Shown piece by piece: positions 50,525-59,094 of a DNA stretch of 64,000 nucleotides (the stretch's first letter is position 1; each line of letters starts with the position of its first letter). The translations under genes and the position numbers were made by a program. Below the pieces are notes generated by a model that was given only the letters and a program-made list of their open reading frames with translations, ran no database searches and was not told the origin of the DNA. Source of the DNA: Tahibacter sp. (GTDB lineage: Bacteria > Pseudomonadota > Gammaproteobacteria > Xanthomonadales > Rhodanobacteraceae); NCBI GenBank assembly GCA_039934615.1, contig JBDTLV010000015.1, positions 1,151-65,150 of the forward strand, written 5' to 3'.

Positions 50525-50849
50525 AGGTTGCTGCGCCGAGGCGTCGTCGGGCGGCCGGCTCGGTCGCTTGATTCCGGCAGAGATGGATGAATGGCCAAGA
50601 TTGGCAATGGCAACGGACCTCGCTGCGCGGTCCGTGGGCTAAGGTCGATGTGCGACGTTCGCAGACCGTACAATGCCGGTTGTCGCTCGCCGTGTGGATG
50701 ATCCTGTTCCAGCATTCCGGATGCGGCATCGGCAGGCCGCCCGTTCCGACAGGATGAAATGTGAATAAAATTCTTGGTTTATTTGTGGATAATAGCCCGG
50801 ACGCGGCTCCGCTCAGCGGTTCGCAGACAGATCAGGTGGCGGACTATCG

Positions 50850-51596
50850 ATGCCCCTGATTCGCTTGCTGTGCACCGCGCTGACGTTTCTGACGCGGCTG
50901 CCGGTTGCGCGCTGGAGCCACGCGGAGCCCGAACGCCTCGCGCAGTCGGCCAGCCTGTTTCCCCTGGTTGGCGCCATTGTTGCGGCCGTGGCGTGCGCTG
51001 CGGCATGGTTGGGGCATGCTCTGTTGCCAGCGGCGCTCACGCCCTGGTGTGCCTTGCTGGCGGGAATCGTGGTGACCGGCGCATTTCACGAGGACGGTCT
51101 CGCTGATACGGCGGACGGACTCGGTGGCGGTGTCACGCGCGAACGGCGCCTGGCGATCATGAAGGACAGTCGCCTGGGCACCTATGCGGCGGTGGCCTTG
51201 GCACTCGTACTCAGCGGCAAGTATTTAGCACTCGCAAGCCTGTCGATGCCGAGACTCTTCGCAGCTCTGTATGTGGGACACGTGATGGCACGCTTCAGCG
51301 TGTTGCCCCTGGCCGCGTGGTTGCCGTATGTCCGCGATTCGGAGGCCGGCAACAAGCCTGTCGCGGATGGCATAGGCGCGCGAGAAGTGCTGCTCGGCTC
51401 CGTCTTGACCGCTGCCCTGGTGGCACCGTTCGGACTGACGGCGATCGCCTGCATCGTGGCAAGCCTCGTCGTGATCGTTCTGGCAGCGCTCTATTTCCGC
51501 AGTCAGCTCGGGGGCATCACCGGCGATACGCTGGGCGCGGCCAACCAGTGTGTGGAGCTGTGCTGTTATCTGGTTTGCGCCGCGCTGGTGTTCTAA
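50850..51596 (+). CDS. cobS: adenosylcobinamide-GDP ribazoletransferase (cobalamin-5-phosphate synthase)
   Basis: 248 aa and multi-TM. It has the N-terminal FLTRLPV motif, AFHEDGLADTADGLGG and the late GGITGDTLGA. Confidence 0.85.
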   Translation: MPLIRLLCTALTFLTRLPVARWSHAEPERLAQSASLFPLVGAIVAAVACAAAWLGHALLPAALTPWCALLAGIVVTGAFHEDGLADTADGLGGGVTRERRLAIMKDSRLGTYAAVALALVLSGKYLALASLSMPRLFAALYVGHVMARFSVLPLAAWLPYVRDSEAGNKPVADGIGAREVLLGSVLTAALVAPFGLTAIACIVASLVVIVLAALYFRSQLGGITGDTLGAANQCVELCCYLVCAALVF

Positions 51597-51856
51597 GCAG
51601 TCCATCTCACACGCCAGCTGCGCAAGGAATAGTAGCCTGCTGCAGGGTTGTTTCGTTTTGAATCGGGACGATACTCTCGGCCAATGCGGTCCCACCGAGT
51701 GGACCGCGGATTGATCACCGTGACGACGTCGGCAAGCTTCACCGCAATACTGAGCAGCGATCGTGGGCCCATCCGTGCGTGTTCGTGCGCCACGGTCACA
51801 GGGTGGCAACGAAGAGCGAGAACATCGAATCGATGTCAGGCAGGGATCATGCGCTC

Positions 51857-52426
51857 ATGAGCTTTGATCGACGCGTGCTAGCTTTGTGGTTGCTTTTCGC
51901 GTGTTGTGCACAAAGTTTTGCGCAAACCTGCGCACCGTTTGTCGAAGAGCAGGCCGCCTGGTCCACGGCGATGTTCCGCCCGCATTCCAACGGCATGCAA
52001 TCGTGCACCGTCAGCGAAGAGGTCTATCGCGCGGTCGTGCGCGACTGGCTGCGAGATCGCGCGCCGGCTTTGCCTCCATTGACGTCACTGTCGCTGGGAC
52101 GGGCCGAAAATTTTCCGTGGCTGTCTCACTATCTGGCGGACTCGGCTTTGCAGAGCGCGAACTGGCGAACCCGCGTGCTGCGCGCGGGAGCCGGCGAGCA
52201 CAACCAATTTGTCGCTGACCTTCTGTCCGAGCCGGCGATGCTGCAGCGACTCGACGCGCCGTTCGCGGAAAGCGCGTATCGCGTGGTAGGTGCCTCCGTG
52301 GAGAAAGTCCTCGCGGGCAAGGCCAGCGTGTACGCGTCCGTCAAGACCGACGCGACATGGAAGGTTCCTTTCGATGCGCAGGTCTGGTTGCGACTGGCAT
52401 CGCGAAACCCGGCAGGAGGGCGGTAG
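51857..52426 (+). CDS. hypothetical exported protein
   Basis: ORF 51779 trimmed to ATG 51857 (MSFDRRVLALWLLFACCAQSFAQ, a signal peptide). No family recognised. The start is uncertain; ATG 51833 is also possible. Confidence 0.5.
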   Translation: MSFDRRVLALWLLFACCAQSFAQTCAPFVEEQAAWSTAMFRPHSNGMQSCTVSEEVYRAVVRDWLRDRAPALPPLTSLSLGRAENFPWLSHYLADSALQSANWRTRVLRAGAGEHNQFVADLLSEPAMLQRLDAPFAESAYRVVGASVEKVLAGKASVYASVKTDATWKVPFDAQVWLRLASRNPAGGR

Positions 52427-52466
52427 GTCGAGCTCACATCGCCGCCGGTTCGACACCGAACCGTGA

Positions 52467-52500
52467 ATCGGCAACGCCCCCGCAAGAGGGCGTTGCCGAT
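52467..52500. terminator. bidirectional hairpin between convergent genes
   Basis: A perfect 13-bp stem: ATCGGCAACGCCC (52467-79) pairs with GGGCGTTGCCGAT (52488-500), with an 8-nt loop. It is preceded by a second hairpin, CGGTTCG-ACAC-CGAACCG (52445-52462). There is no strong T-tract on either side. Confidence 0.55.
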
Positions 52501-52519
52501 GCTTACTTTCCTGCGCTGA

Positions 52520-53770
52520 TCAACCCTTCTTGACGCCCTCGTTCCTCAGGGCTTCGAGCGCGCCGAGGTTGATCGTACCAAGCAGGCCCTTCAGCGTTTC
52601 GATGCTGTCGGTAGTGCCTTGCACCTTCACCGCGAAGCGGTCGCCAAGCACCATGGAATATTCGCCGCGTTTTGAACTATTGTCCCATTGTTCGTGGATC
52701 AGCCGGCCGCCGGACTTGTAGGTCTTTTCGTAACCCGTTTCCGTTTGCCGTTCCTGTTCGATCTGCGCCCAGGCCGCCATCCCGACCAGACCCTTGATGC
52801 TGCCGGTGTCGGTGATCTCCAGTTCCACGCTGCGCTGCTGTCCGTCCGAATAGGTTGCGCGGGCGGTCGATACCTGCATGCCCATCGCGCCATTCTTTTC
52901 GGCGCTGAAGCTGGTGCGCGGCAGCCCCGCCAGGGTCTCCGGTATGAAGGGTTTGAGCGCGTCGGGGCTCAAGGCTTCAACGCTGTCGCCGCCGGACAGC
53001 GCGGTGCTGAGCACGGCAGCTGCCGCAGCGGCTTGTGCCTGGGTGTCGCCGGACTTCTGCGCGGCGTCGAGCTTCTTGCCGGCTTCTTCCATTTTTGCGC
53101 CCATGGCGGCGAGCTTGCCGAAGCCGCTGTCGCTGTCGATGCTCAAGGTGCTGCCGCTCAGGGCGCTGCGCGCGTTCATTGCTGCACCGGCGCCGGAAAG
53201 GCTCGCGACCAGGGCTCCGGCAACCCAGCCGAGCACGATTGCGATCACGATAATCACCGCCAGGTAGCCGCCAGTCTTCTCGGGCGGCGACTTCATCGTG
53301 TGCGGCAGCCCGAGGTACATCAGGTAGATGCCGTAGATTCCACCGGCGATGGCCAGAAGCCAGCCTATCCAGGGCACGATCAGGCAGACGCTGGCGATCC
53401 AACTGGCGGTGTACGAATACGCCGCAGTCTTGAGTGCCTGTACCTGATTCTTCTGTGCGCCGAAATTGCTTGCCAGCGCGTCGATGATGAGCGCCAGTAC
53501 AAACGTCAGGCCAAGGACGACGCCATACTGCAGGAGCATCTGCGCGATTCCCGCGCCCATACCGATCCGGATCGTGCCCACAAACGGGATACCGATACCG
53601 ATGATGGTCGACTTGATGAAACCAAACACCGCCGGGATTGCCGCCAGGATGAGGATGTAATTCGTATACAACGACTGGGTGCTGGCGGGTTCGGCGGCGA
53701 TGACGGGCCATTCGGTGTTGGGTGTGAGCAAGATATTCTTGACGCGGGCGATGAGACGGTTGAAATCCAT
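52520..53770 (-). CDS. Yip1-domain membrane protein with about 220-aa C-terminal soluble extension
   Basis: ATG (complement of 53768-70) has a GGAGAG RBS. The N-terminus MDFNRLIARVKNILLTPNTEWPVI is followed by five TM helices, typical of bacterial Yip1/YohC-like proteins. The C-terminal half is Ala/Gly/Ser-rich and then mixed alpha/beta. Confidence 0.7.
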   Translation of the reverse strand: MDFNRLIARVKNILLTPNTEWPVIAAEPASTQSLYTNYILILAAIPAVFGFIKSTIIGIGIPFVGTIRIGMGAGIAQMLLQYGVVLGLTFVLALIIDALASNFGAQKNQVQALKTAAYSYTASWIASVCLIVPWIGWLLAIAGGIYGIYLMYLGLPHTMKSPPEKTGGYLAVIIVIAIVLGWVAGALVASLSGAGAAMNARSALSGSTLSIDSDSGFGKLAAMGAKMEEAGKKLDAAQKSGDTQAQAAAAAAVLSTALSGGDSVEALSPDALKPFIPETLAGLPRTSFSAEKNGAMGMQVSTARATYSDGQQRSVELEITDTGSIKGLVGMAAWAQIEQERQTETGYEKTYKSGGRLIHEQWDNSSKRGEYSMVLGDRFAVKVQGTTDSIETLKGLLGTINLGALEALRNEGVKKG

Positions 53771-53969
53771 GCGGGCTCTCCGGGGTGGGCAACGAACCGC
53801 GCCGCGTCAGGGCGCGTCGGGTGTCGGCGATTCTAGCTGCGCGGGCCAGTAATGGCGCGCCAACGATGCCGCAAACTCCCTGTGACGCAGCCGCGGCACA
53901 AAGCGTGCATCGGATCACAGCTTGCAAACTGCTAAACTTTGTCTCTTGCATGAAATTGTCGGGATAGCC

Positions 53970-54179
53970 ATGTCCAGAACCCAGTCGAACGCGGCCACAC
54001 TACTGCCCGCGAATGCGCAAAATCGTTACGAAGTGACGCGCGCCGACCTGCCCTTGTCATGCCCGATGCCCGGTATGCGTCTGTGGGACGCGCATCCGAA
54101 GGTGTATCTGGCGATCGAAGATGAGGGTGGCGAGTCGGTCTGCCCCTACTGTGGCGCGCATTACGTACTCAAAGCCTGA
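53970..54179 (+). CDS. small zinc-finger (zf-CHCC, NDUFS6-like) protein
   Basis: ORF 53922 trimmed to ATG 53970, giving 69 aa. It has LSCPMPG...WDAHPKVYL........CPYCGAHYVL, with a C..(n)..H and CxxC arrangement. Confidence 0.65.
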   Translation: MSRTQSNAATLLPANAQNRYEVTRADLPLSCPMPGMRLWDAHPKVYLAIEDEGGESVCPYCGAHYVLKA

Positions 54180-54189
54180 CCGGGGCGAC

Positions 54190-55302
54190 GTGCAGGGGCG
54201 TCGGCTCACGGTATTGCAATTGCTGCCCGCCCTGGAGACGGGCGGGGTGGAGCGATCCACGCTTGAAGTCGGTGCGGCGCTGGTCGCGGCGGGGCATCGC
54301 TCGGTCGTCGTTTCCGGCGGCGGACGCCTGGTACCGCAGCTGGTCGCGGCTGGCAGCGAGCACATCCGCATGAGCATCGGCCGCAAGTCGCTGCTGACCC
54401 TCCGCCACGTGGGGGGGCTGCGCCGGCTGATCGCCTCACTGGCTCCGGATATCGTGCATGCACGCTCGCGTTTGCCGGCGTGGCTGGCCCACTACGCGTT
54501 GAAGGGACTGACCGCACCACGCACGCATCTGGTGACCACCGCGCACGGTCTCAACTCACCCGGACGCTACAGCGCGATCATGACGCGGGGCGAGCGGGTG
54601 ATCGCGGTCTCGCATACCGTGCGCGACTATCTGATCACCCACTACGAAATCGATCCGGCACGCATCGTGGTGATTCCGCGAGGCATCGATACCGCGGAAT
54701 TTCCCTACGGTCATCGCCCCGATGAAGAATGGACGTCGCGATTTTTTTCGCAATTTCCACAACTGGCCGGTGCACCGCTGCTGACCCTGCCAGGGCGTGG
54801 CACACGTCTCAAAGGTCATCATGACGCCATCGAACTGCTTACCGCACTGAAGTCGCGGGGCATCGAAACGCGATTGTTGCTGCTCGGGGCTCGCGAGGCG
54901 ACGCGCAGCGCCTACGTCAGTGAGCTCGAACAGCTGGCGCGCGATCGCGGGGTCGCGGATTGGATGGCGATCAGCGAACCGCGCGACGACGTACGCGACG
55001 TTTTCGCCGCGAGCGCGCTGGTGCTGCAGCTGTCCACCAAACCGGAAGCGTTTGGCCGAACGGTCGTCGAGGCGCTCGCACTGTGCAGACCGGTGCTCGG
55101 CTACGCCCACGGTGGCGTCGGTGAATTGTTGTCCGAGCTGTATCCCGCCGGTCGCGTGCCTTACGGCGACAACGGCAAACTGATCGAGCGCGCTGCGGAA
55201 CTGCTGCGCCTCGCGCCCGCCATTCCGCTGCTCGATCGCTACCATCTCGCCGACATGCAGGCGGCCACGCTGGCGCTGTATGGTGAGATTGCGGGCGCTT
55301 GA
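54190..55302 (+). CDS. GT4-family glycosyltransferase (LPS core type)
   Basis: ORF 54121 overlaps the zinc-finger gene, so I prefer the in-frame GTG at 54190 (VQGRRLTVLQLLPALETGGVERST, a typical GT4 N-terminus). The E(x7)E region is EAFGRTVVEALA. The start codon is uncertain. Confidence 0.75.
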   Translation: MQGRRLTVLQLLPALETGGVERSTLEVGAALVAAGHRSVVVSGGGRLVPQLVAAGSEHIRMSIGRKSLLTLRHVGGLRRLIASLAPDIVHARSRLPAWLAHYALKGLTAPRTHLVTTAHGLNSPGRYSAIMTRGERVIAVSHTVRDYLITHYEIDPARIVVIPRGIDTAEFPYGHRPDEEWTSRFFSQFPQLAGAPLLTLPGRGTRLKGHHDAIELLTALKSRGIETRLLLLGAREATRSAYVSELEQLARDRGVADWMAISEPRDDVRDVFAASALVLQLSTKPEAFGRTVVEALALCRPVLGYAHGGVGELLSELYPAGRVPYGDNGKLIERAAELLRLAPAIPLLDRYHLADMQAATLALYGEIAGA

Positions 55303-55453
55303 TCCGCAGTTTGATCAAAAATCATTTGATTGTACTTGTTGACAAAGGCGAAGCCGCTGGCCTGGCGGAGCGCACGTCGGCCGGCTTGGGGCGGCGCGCA
55401 GGCCCGGCGTGATGCCCTGCTAGAATGCGCCACTGTTTGCGCCTCCTGTCGCC

Positions 55454-56716
55454 ATGACCCTCGCCGACCTGTCCGCCCGCCTCAAGACGATCCTGCTCTC
55501 ACCGCTGTTGCCGGTGTGGGCGGTGATCGCCCTGCTGCCGTTCGGGCGCAGCGCGGAGGTCGCCGTGGCATTCGCGATCATCGGCGTCCTGGCGTTGTTG
55601 TTGCGTCAACCGAAAGCGATGAAGACCCACCCGGGTGCGCGCCTGCTGTTGTGGCTGTGGGCTGCCTATGAGGTTGCCGCCATCTTTTCGACGCCGGATG
55701 CCGTCGATCCTGGCAAGAGCTGGGGAACGGTATTGGTTGCGCCGCGCTTTGTCCTTCTTGGTTTGTATATTTGTTTCGCGATGCGACGCAACGGTGCGCT
55801 GCAGTACGTATACAAAGCAACGGCACTCGTCGTCGCGGTGTGGCTGATCGACGCCTGGGTGCAGGCATTGACGGGCTGGAGCCTTGGCGGGGCCCCGGAA
55901 AGCGAGCGCATTTCCGGCATATTCGGTGCGGACAACCTGAAGCTCGGGCCCGCGCTCGCTGCGTTGTCTCCGTTCGTGCTGCATGCTGCCCGCGCGCGCT
56001 GGGGCTGGCGCGGTCTCGGCGCTGCGTTCCTGGCATTGCTCGGTCCGATCCTGCTTGCCGGGTCGCGCGCAAGCTGGCTTGCATACGGCCTTGTTTGCAT
56101 TGCCTGTGTATGGCGCGAAGCACGGACGCCGCTGCGCTTTGTGGCGTGGACTGGCATCGCAGCGATACTTGGTGTGCTTGGACTCTTGTTCGCGTGGCGC
56201 GGATCCGACGCATTCCACGCGCGCATGGAACGTACTCTGCACGCTCTGCAAGGATCATCGCAGTCCGTCGATTTCGCGCTTGCCGGGCGCTTGTCGATCT
56301 GGAATACCGCCAGTGCAATGATCGCCGCGCACCCGATCAACGGCGTCGGTGTGCGCGGCTTCCGCTACGCGTACGCACAGTACGCTACCCCGGGAGATCC
56401 CTTCGTCCAGGCCGATGGCAGCGGTGCGGCGCATGCGCACCAATGGGTGCTGGAGGTCTTGACCGAAACCGGCGCCCTGGGTCTCGCTCTGTGGCTGCTT
56501 GCGCTCGCGATGGCGCTGCGTGCCTGGCGGCGCGCACCGGCCGCAGCGCGCGAACGTGCATGGCCGGCGGCGACCGCTTTGCTGGCGACCTTTTTTCCGC
56601 TGAACACGCATCTCGCTTTCTATTCCGCGTGGTGGGGGCTGCTGGTCTGGTGGTTGATCTCGCTGTACTGTGCCGCTTTGTACGCGGATCTGGACGAGGT
56701 GCGCGATGCCCGCTGA
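55454..56716 (+). CDS. O-antigen ligase (WaaL/Wzy_C) family membrane protein
   Basis: 420 aa with about 10-12 TM helices. It has the loop motif LAGSRASWLAYGL and the later H..WLEVL-like AHAHQWVLEVLTETG. Confidence 0.75.
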   Translation: MTLADLSARLKTILLSPLLPVWAVIALLPFGRSAEVAVAFAIIGVLALLLRQPKAMKTHPGARLLLWLWAAYEVAAIFSTPDAVDPGKSWGTVLVAPRFVLLGLYICFAMRRNGALQYVYKATALVVAVWLIDAWVQALTGWSLGGAPESERISGIFGADNLKLGPALAALSPFVLHAARARWGWRGLGAAFLALLGPILLAGSRASWLAYGLVCIACVWREARTPLRFVAWTGIAAILGVLGLLFAWRGSDAFHARMERTLHALQGSSQSVDFALAGRLSIWNTASAMIAAHPINGVGVRGFRYAYAQYATPGDPFVQADGSGAAHAHQWVLEVLTETGALGLALWLLALAMALRAWRRAPAAARERAWPAATALLATFFPLNTHLAFYSAWWGLLVWWLISLYCAALYADLDEVRDAR

Positions 56717-57458
56717 GCCCTTGTCGGTGGTCGTCACCACGCTGAACAACGGTGCAACCCTGCGCCAATGCCTGGCCAGCGTCGCTTGGGTCGACGATAT
56801 CGTGGTGCTGGATTCGGGTTCGGTCGACGCGACCTTGGAAATTGCCGCAGAATATAAAGCGCGACTATTCCACGAAGCGTTTCAAGGCTACGCGCTGCAA
56901 AAACAGAGCGCGATCGACAAGGCGCTGCACGAGTGGGTTCTGTTGCTCGACGCAGACGAGGCGCTGGACAGTGGCGCGCAGGTCGCGATTGAACGGGCGC
57001 TGCAGAACCCTTCGGTTGCCGGCTTCCGGCTGCCACGCCGGGAGCAGGTATTCTGGCGGTTCCAGCATCGCGGCATTCGCCTGAACACATTCCTGCGCCT
57101 GTTCGATCGCCGACGCTGCCGCATGAACGATGTTCCAGTGCACGCCGCTCCGCATACCGACGACGCACAGCAAACCCTGCGTGATGCCGAACTGCTGCAC
57201 TTCGGCGAGCCGGACATTCATACGAAAGTCGCCAAGATCAACGCCTATTCGACCGGCCTGGTGGATGACAAGTTGCGCAAACGCCAACGCTACACCCGCA
57301 CGCGCATGCTGCTCTATCCGCCGTTCTTCTTCCTCCGGCAGTACCTGGGAAAGCGCTATTTCCTGGACGGGTGGGCCGGATTCATCAATGCCGCCACTGG
57401 AGCATTCTACGTTTTTCTCAAATACGCAAAATTGTACGAGGCGCGGAAATCGCGCTGA
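56706..57458 (+). CDS. GT2-family glycosyltransferase
   Basis: ORF 56670 trimmed to ATG 56706, which overlaps the previous gene by 11 nt. Motifs seen are LSVVVTTLNNGATLRQCL, VVLDSGSVDAT and LLLDADE. Confidence 0.8.
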   Translation: MPAEPLSVVVTTLNNGATLRQCLASVAWVDDIVVLDSGSVDATLEIAAEYKARLFHEAFQGYALQKQSAIDKALHEWVLLLDADEALDSGAQVAIERALQNPSVAGFRLPRREQVFWRFQHRGIRLNTFLRLFDRRRCRMNDVPVHAAPHTDDAQQTLRDAELLHFGEPDIHTKVAKINAYSTGLVDDKLRKRQRYTRTRMLLYPPFFFLRQYLGKRYFLDGWAGFINAATGAFYVFLKYAKLYEARKSR

Positions 57459-57672
57459 TCGCCCGCGATCGATTCCAGGCCGTCAGTGAGTGGGCACGAT
57501 CGTGCGCGGGTTGCCGCGGCGTGGGGCGCCAGGCTCCCCGCATGCCGGCGATCCTGATGGTCCGAAGTGCGTCCGATCGCGAAACAGCGCTTGGTGCGCC
57601 TGATCGCCGACCTCGGTCCGATCGCGAATACTATCGTCTTGCGCCAAACTTGATTATTTTTAGCACAATGGA

Positions 57673-59094
57673 TTAACCCGCATTTTCATCTTTACCGGAA
57701 ATGCCCGGTTTGAGCAGACTCAACGCCATGCCGCCCACAATCAGGGTAGCGCCAACCAGAAGTCCCCATAGCAGCCATGACTTCCAGTCGACTGGCTTCG
57801 GCGGAATCGGTGCAGGCGTCAGGGCTGCAGATCCTGCGAGTACCTTGGCAACATCGGGATAGGCCGGATAGGGTTGCCAGTCATCGCGCCGTTGGGTGCG
57901 CAGGTCCGCGATCAGTGCCGGCAGCGGCGCATCGATGCGCCGCGCCCGCGCGCTACCCGCTGCCACACTGTACGGTCCGTCGCCTTGGGCGAGAAACACC
58001 AGCACTTCCGGGCGATAGCCGAGTCGCAGATGTGGAGTCTGTGCAACCGGTTGTGCTGCTTCGACTCGCCAAATGCGGTCACGCGTGGCCGTCACCAGTG
58101 ACTGCGGTATGGAGTGCTCGTCGTGCCCGCCCGCACTGACCTGGTAGCCCATCCAGGGGCCGGCGCGAAATTGCCACACGGCGCGCTCGTTTTCGCGGCT
58201 GCGCACGTTCCATTCGACTGCGCTGTTGGCGCTTGCCGCGATCACATCGAGCTGCTGTACCGGTACGCGCGCGGGCAATGTGTACTCGTAGTACGTGCGC
58301 TTTTGTTCGACCACGGACCTGCCGTCGAGATCGATCCATTCCCACTGCGGTGCGGCCGGGGCCTGCGGCAGTTCGGCACGGATCGAGGTAATCGCGATAT
58401 GCGCATCGCCCTGCAGAGGCGTCAGGCGCAGGAACGGGGCACTGCGCCGGTTGATGCGCATGGTATCGCGACGCAGCGAACCGCCGCGCTGGGATTCGCT
58501 GCGTCCGTCGACGAGTTCGGCCAATGTGTAATTGTCCCTAAGGCGGCGCCAGTGGGTCAGGTCGTCGCTTTCCTCGAGACTGAATTCGGTGTTGAACGGT
58601 TCTGTCGGAATCTGCCATTCGAAATGCAGGGCGGCGATCGGCTCACGAATCTGGCTGAGATCCAGCAGCATCGCGCTGCCCGGTCGCGGCGCCGGTGCAG
58701 CGGCATCGCGCACCGTGACATCGACGCGACTGACACGGCCGCGTGCGTCACGCTGAGTGTGCATTTCCCAGGCCGCGGCTTCGTCAGTGCCGGTCGGCAC
58801 GGGCAACGGAAACCAACGCAGACTGACCTCTTGCACCGCGTCGGAACGCGCCAGCGGCGCTTCTGGTCCGAGCAGGGCGGTCGGCATCGCGACACCGGCA
58901 GCATTGAATACCTGGATATCCGCCAGCATCGGATCCTGTGCGGCGGCGTAAATTTCCGGTGTAAGCATGACGCGATAGGCGCCGCCATCGTCACGGCTGA
59001 GGCTCAGCGGCCATTCCGTGGCGTAATCGATGTGCTGTCCGGCAATCGCTGCCAAAGGGAACAGTGCCGCAATGGCAAGAAATCGCATTCTCAT
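57673..59094 (-). CDS. DUF3999-family exported protein with C-terminal TM anchor
   Basis: ORF 57673..59325 trimmed to MRMRFLAIAALFPLAAIAGQ (signal peptide). The start forms an ATGA overlap with the stop of the upstream DUF2339 gene. The C-terminal helix is WLLWGLLVGATLIVGGMALSLL. Family assignment rests on the remembered DUF2339/DUF3999 pairing and on overall architecture. Confidence 0.65.
   Translation of the reverse strand: MRMRFLAIAALFPLAAIAGQHIDYATEWPLSLSRDDGGAYRVMLTPEIYAAAQDPMLADIQVFNAAGVAMPTALLGPEAPLARSDAVQEVSLRWFPLPVPTGTDEAAAWEMHTQRDARGRVSRVDVTVRDAAAPAPRPGSAMLLDLSQIREPIAALHFEWQIPTEPFNTEFSLEESDDLTHWRRLRDNYTLAELVDGRSESQRGGSLRRDTMRINRRSAPFLRLTPLQGDAHIAITSIRAELPQAPAAPQWEWIDLDGRSVVEQKRTYYEYTLPARVPVQQLDVIAASANSAVEWNVRSRENERAVWQFRAGPWMGYQVSAGGHDEHSIPQSLVTATRDRIWRVEAAQPVAQTPHLRLGYRPEVLVFLAQGDGPYSVAAGSARARRIDAPLPALIADLRTQRRDDWQPYPAYPDVAKVLAGSAALTPAPIPPKPVDWKSWLLWGLLVGATLIVGGMALSLLKPGISGKDENAG

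Noticed and set aside
50525-50849. Possible cobalamin riboswitch in the 325-nt region upstream of the lone cobS gene.
   Set aside because: I could not find a B12-box-like core (no GCCACTG-type element or the flanking conserved stems) on either strand by eye. Only an Infernal/Rfam scan could settle it. It is not reported as a feature.
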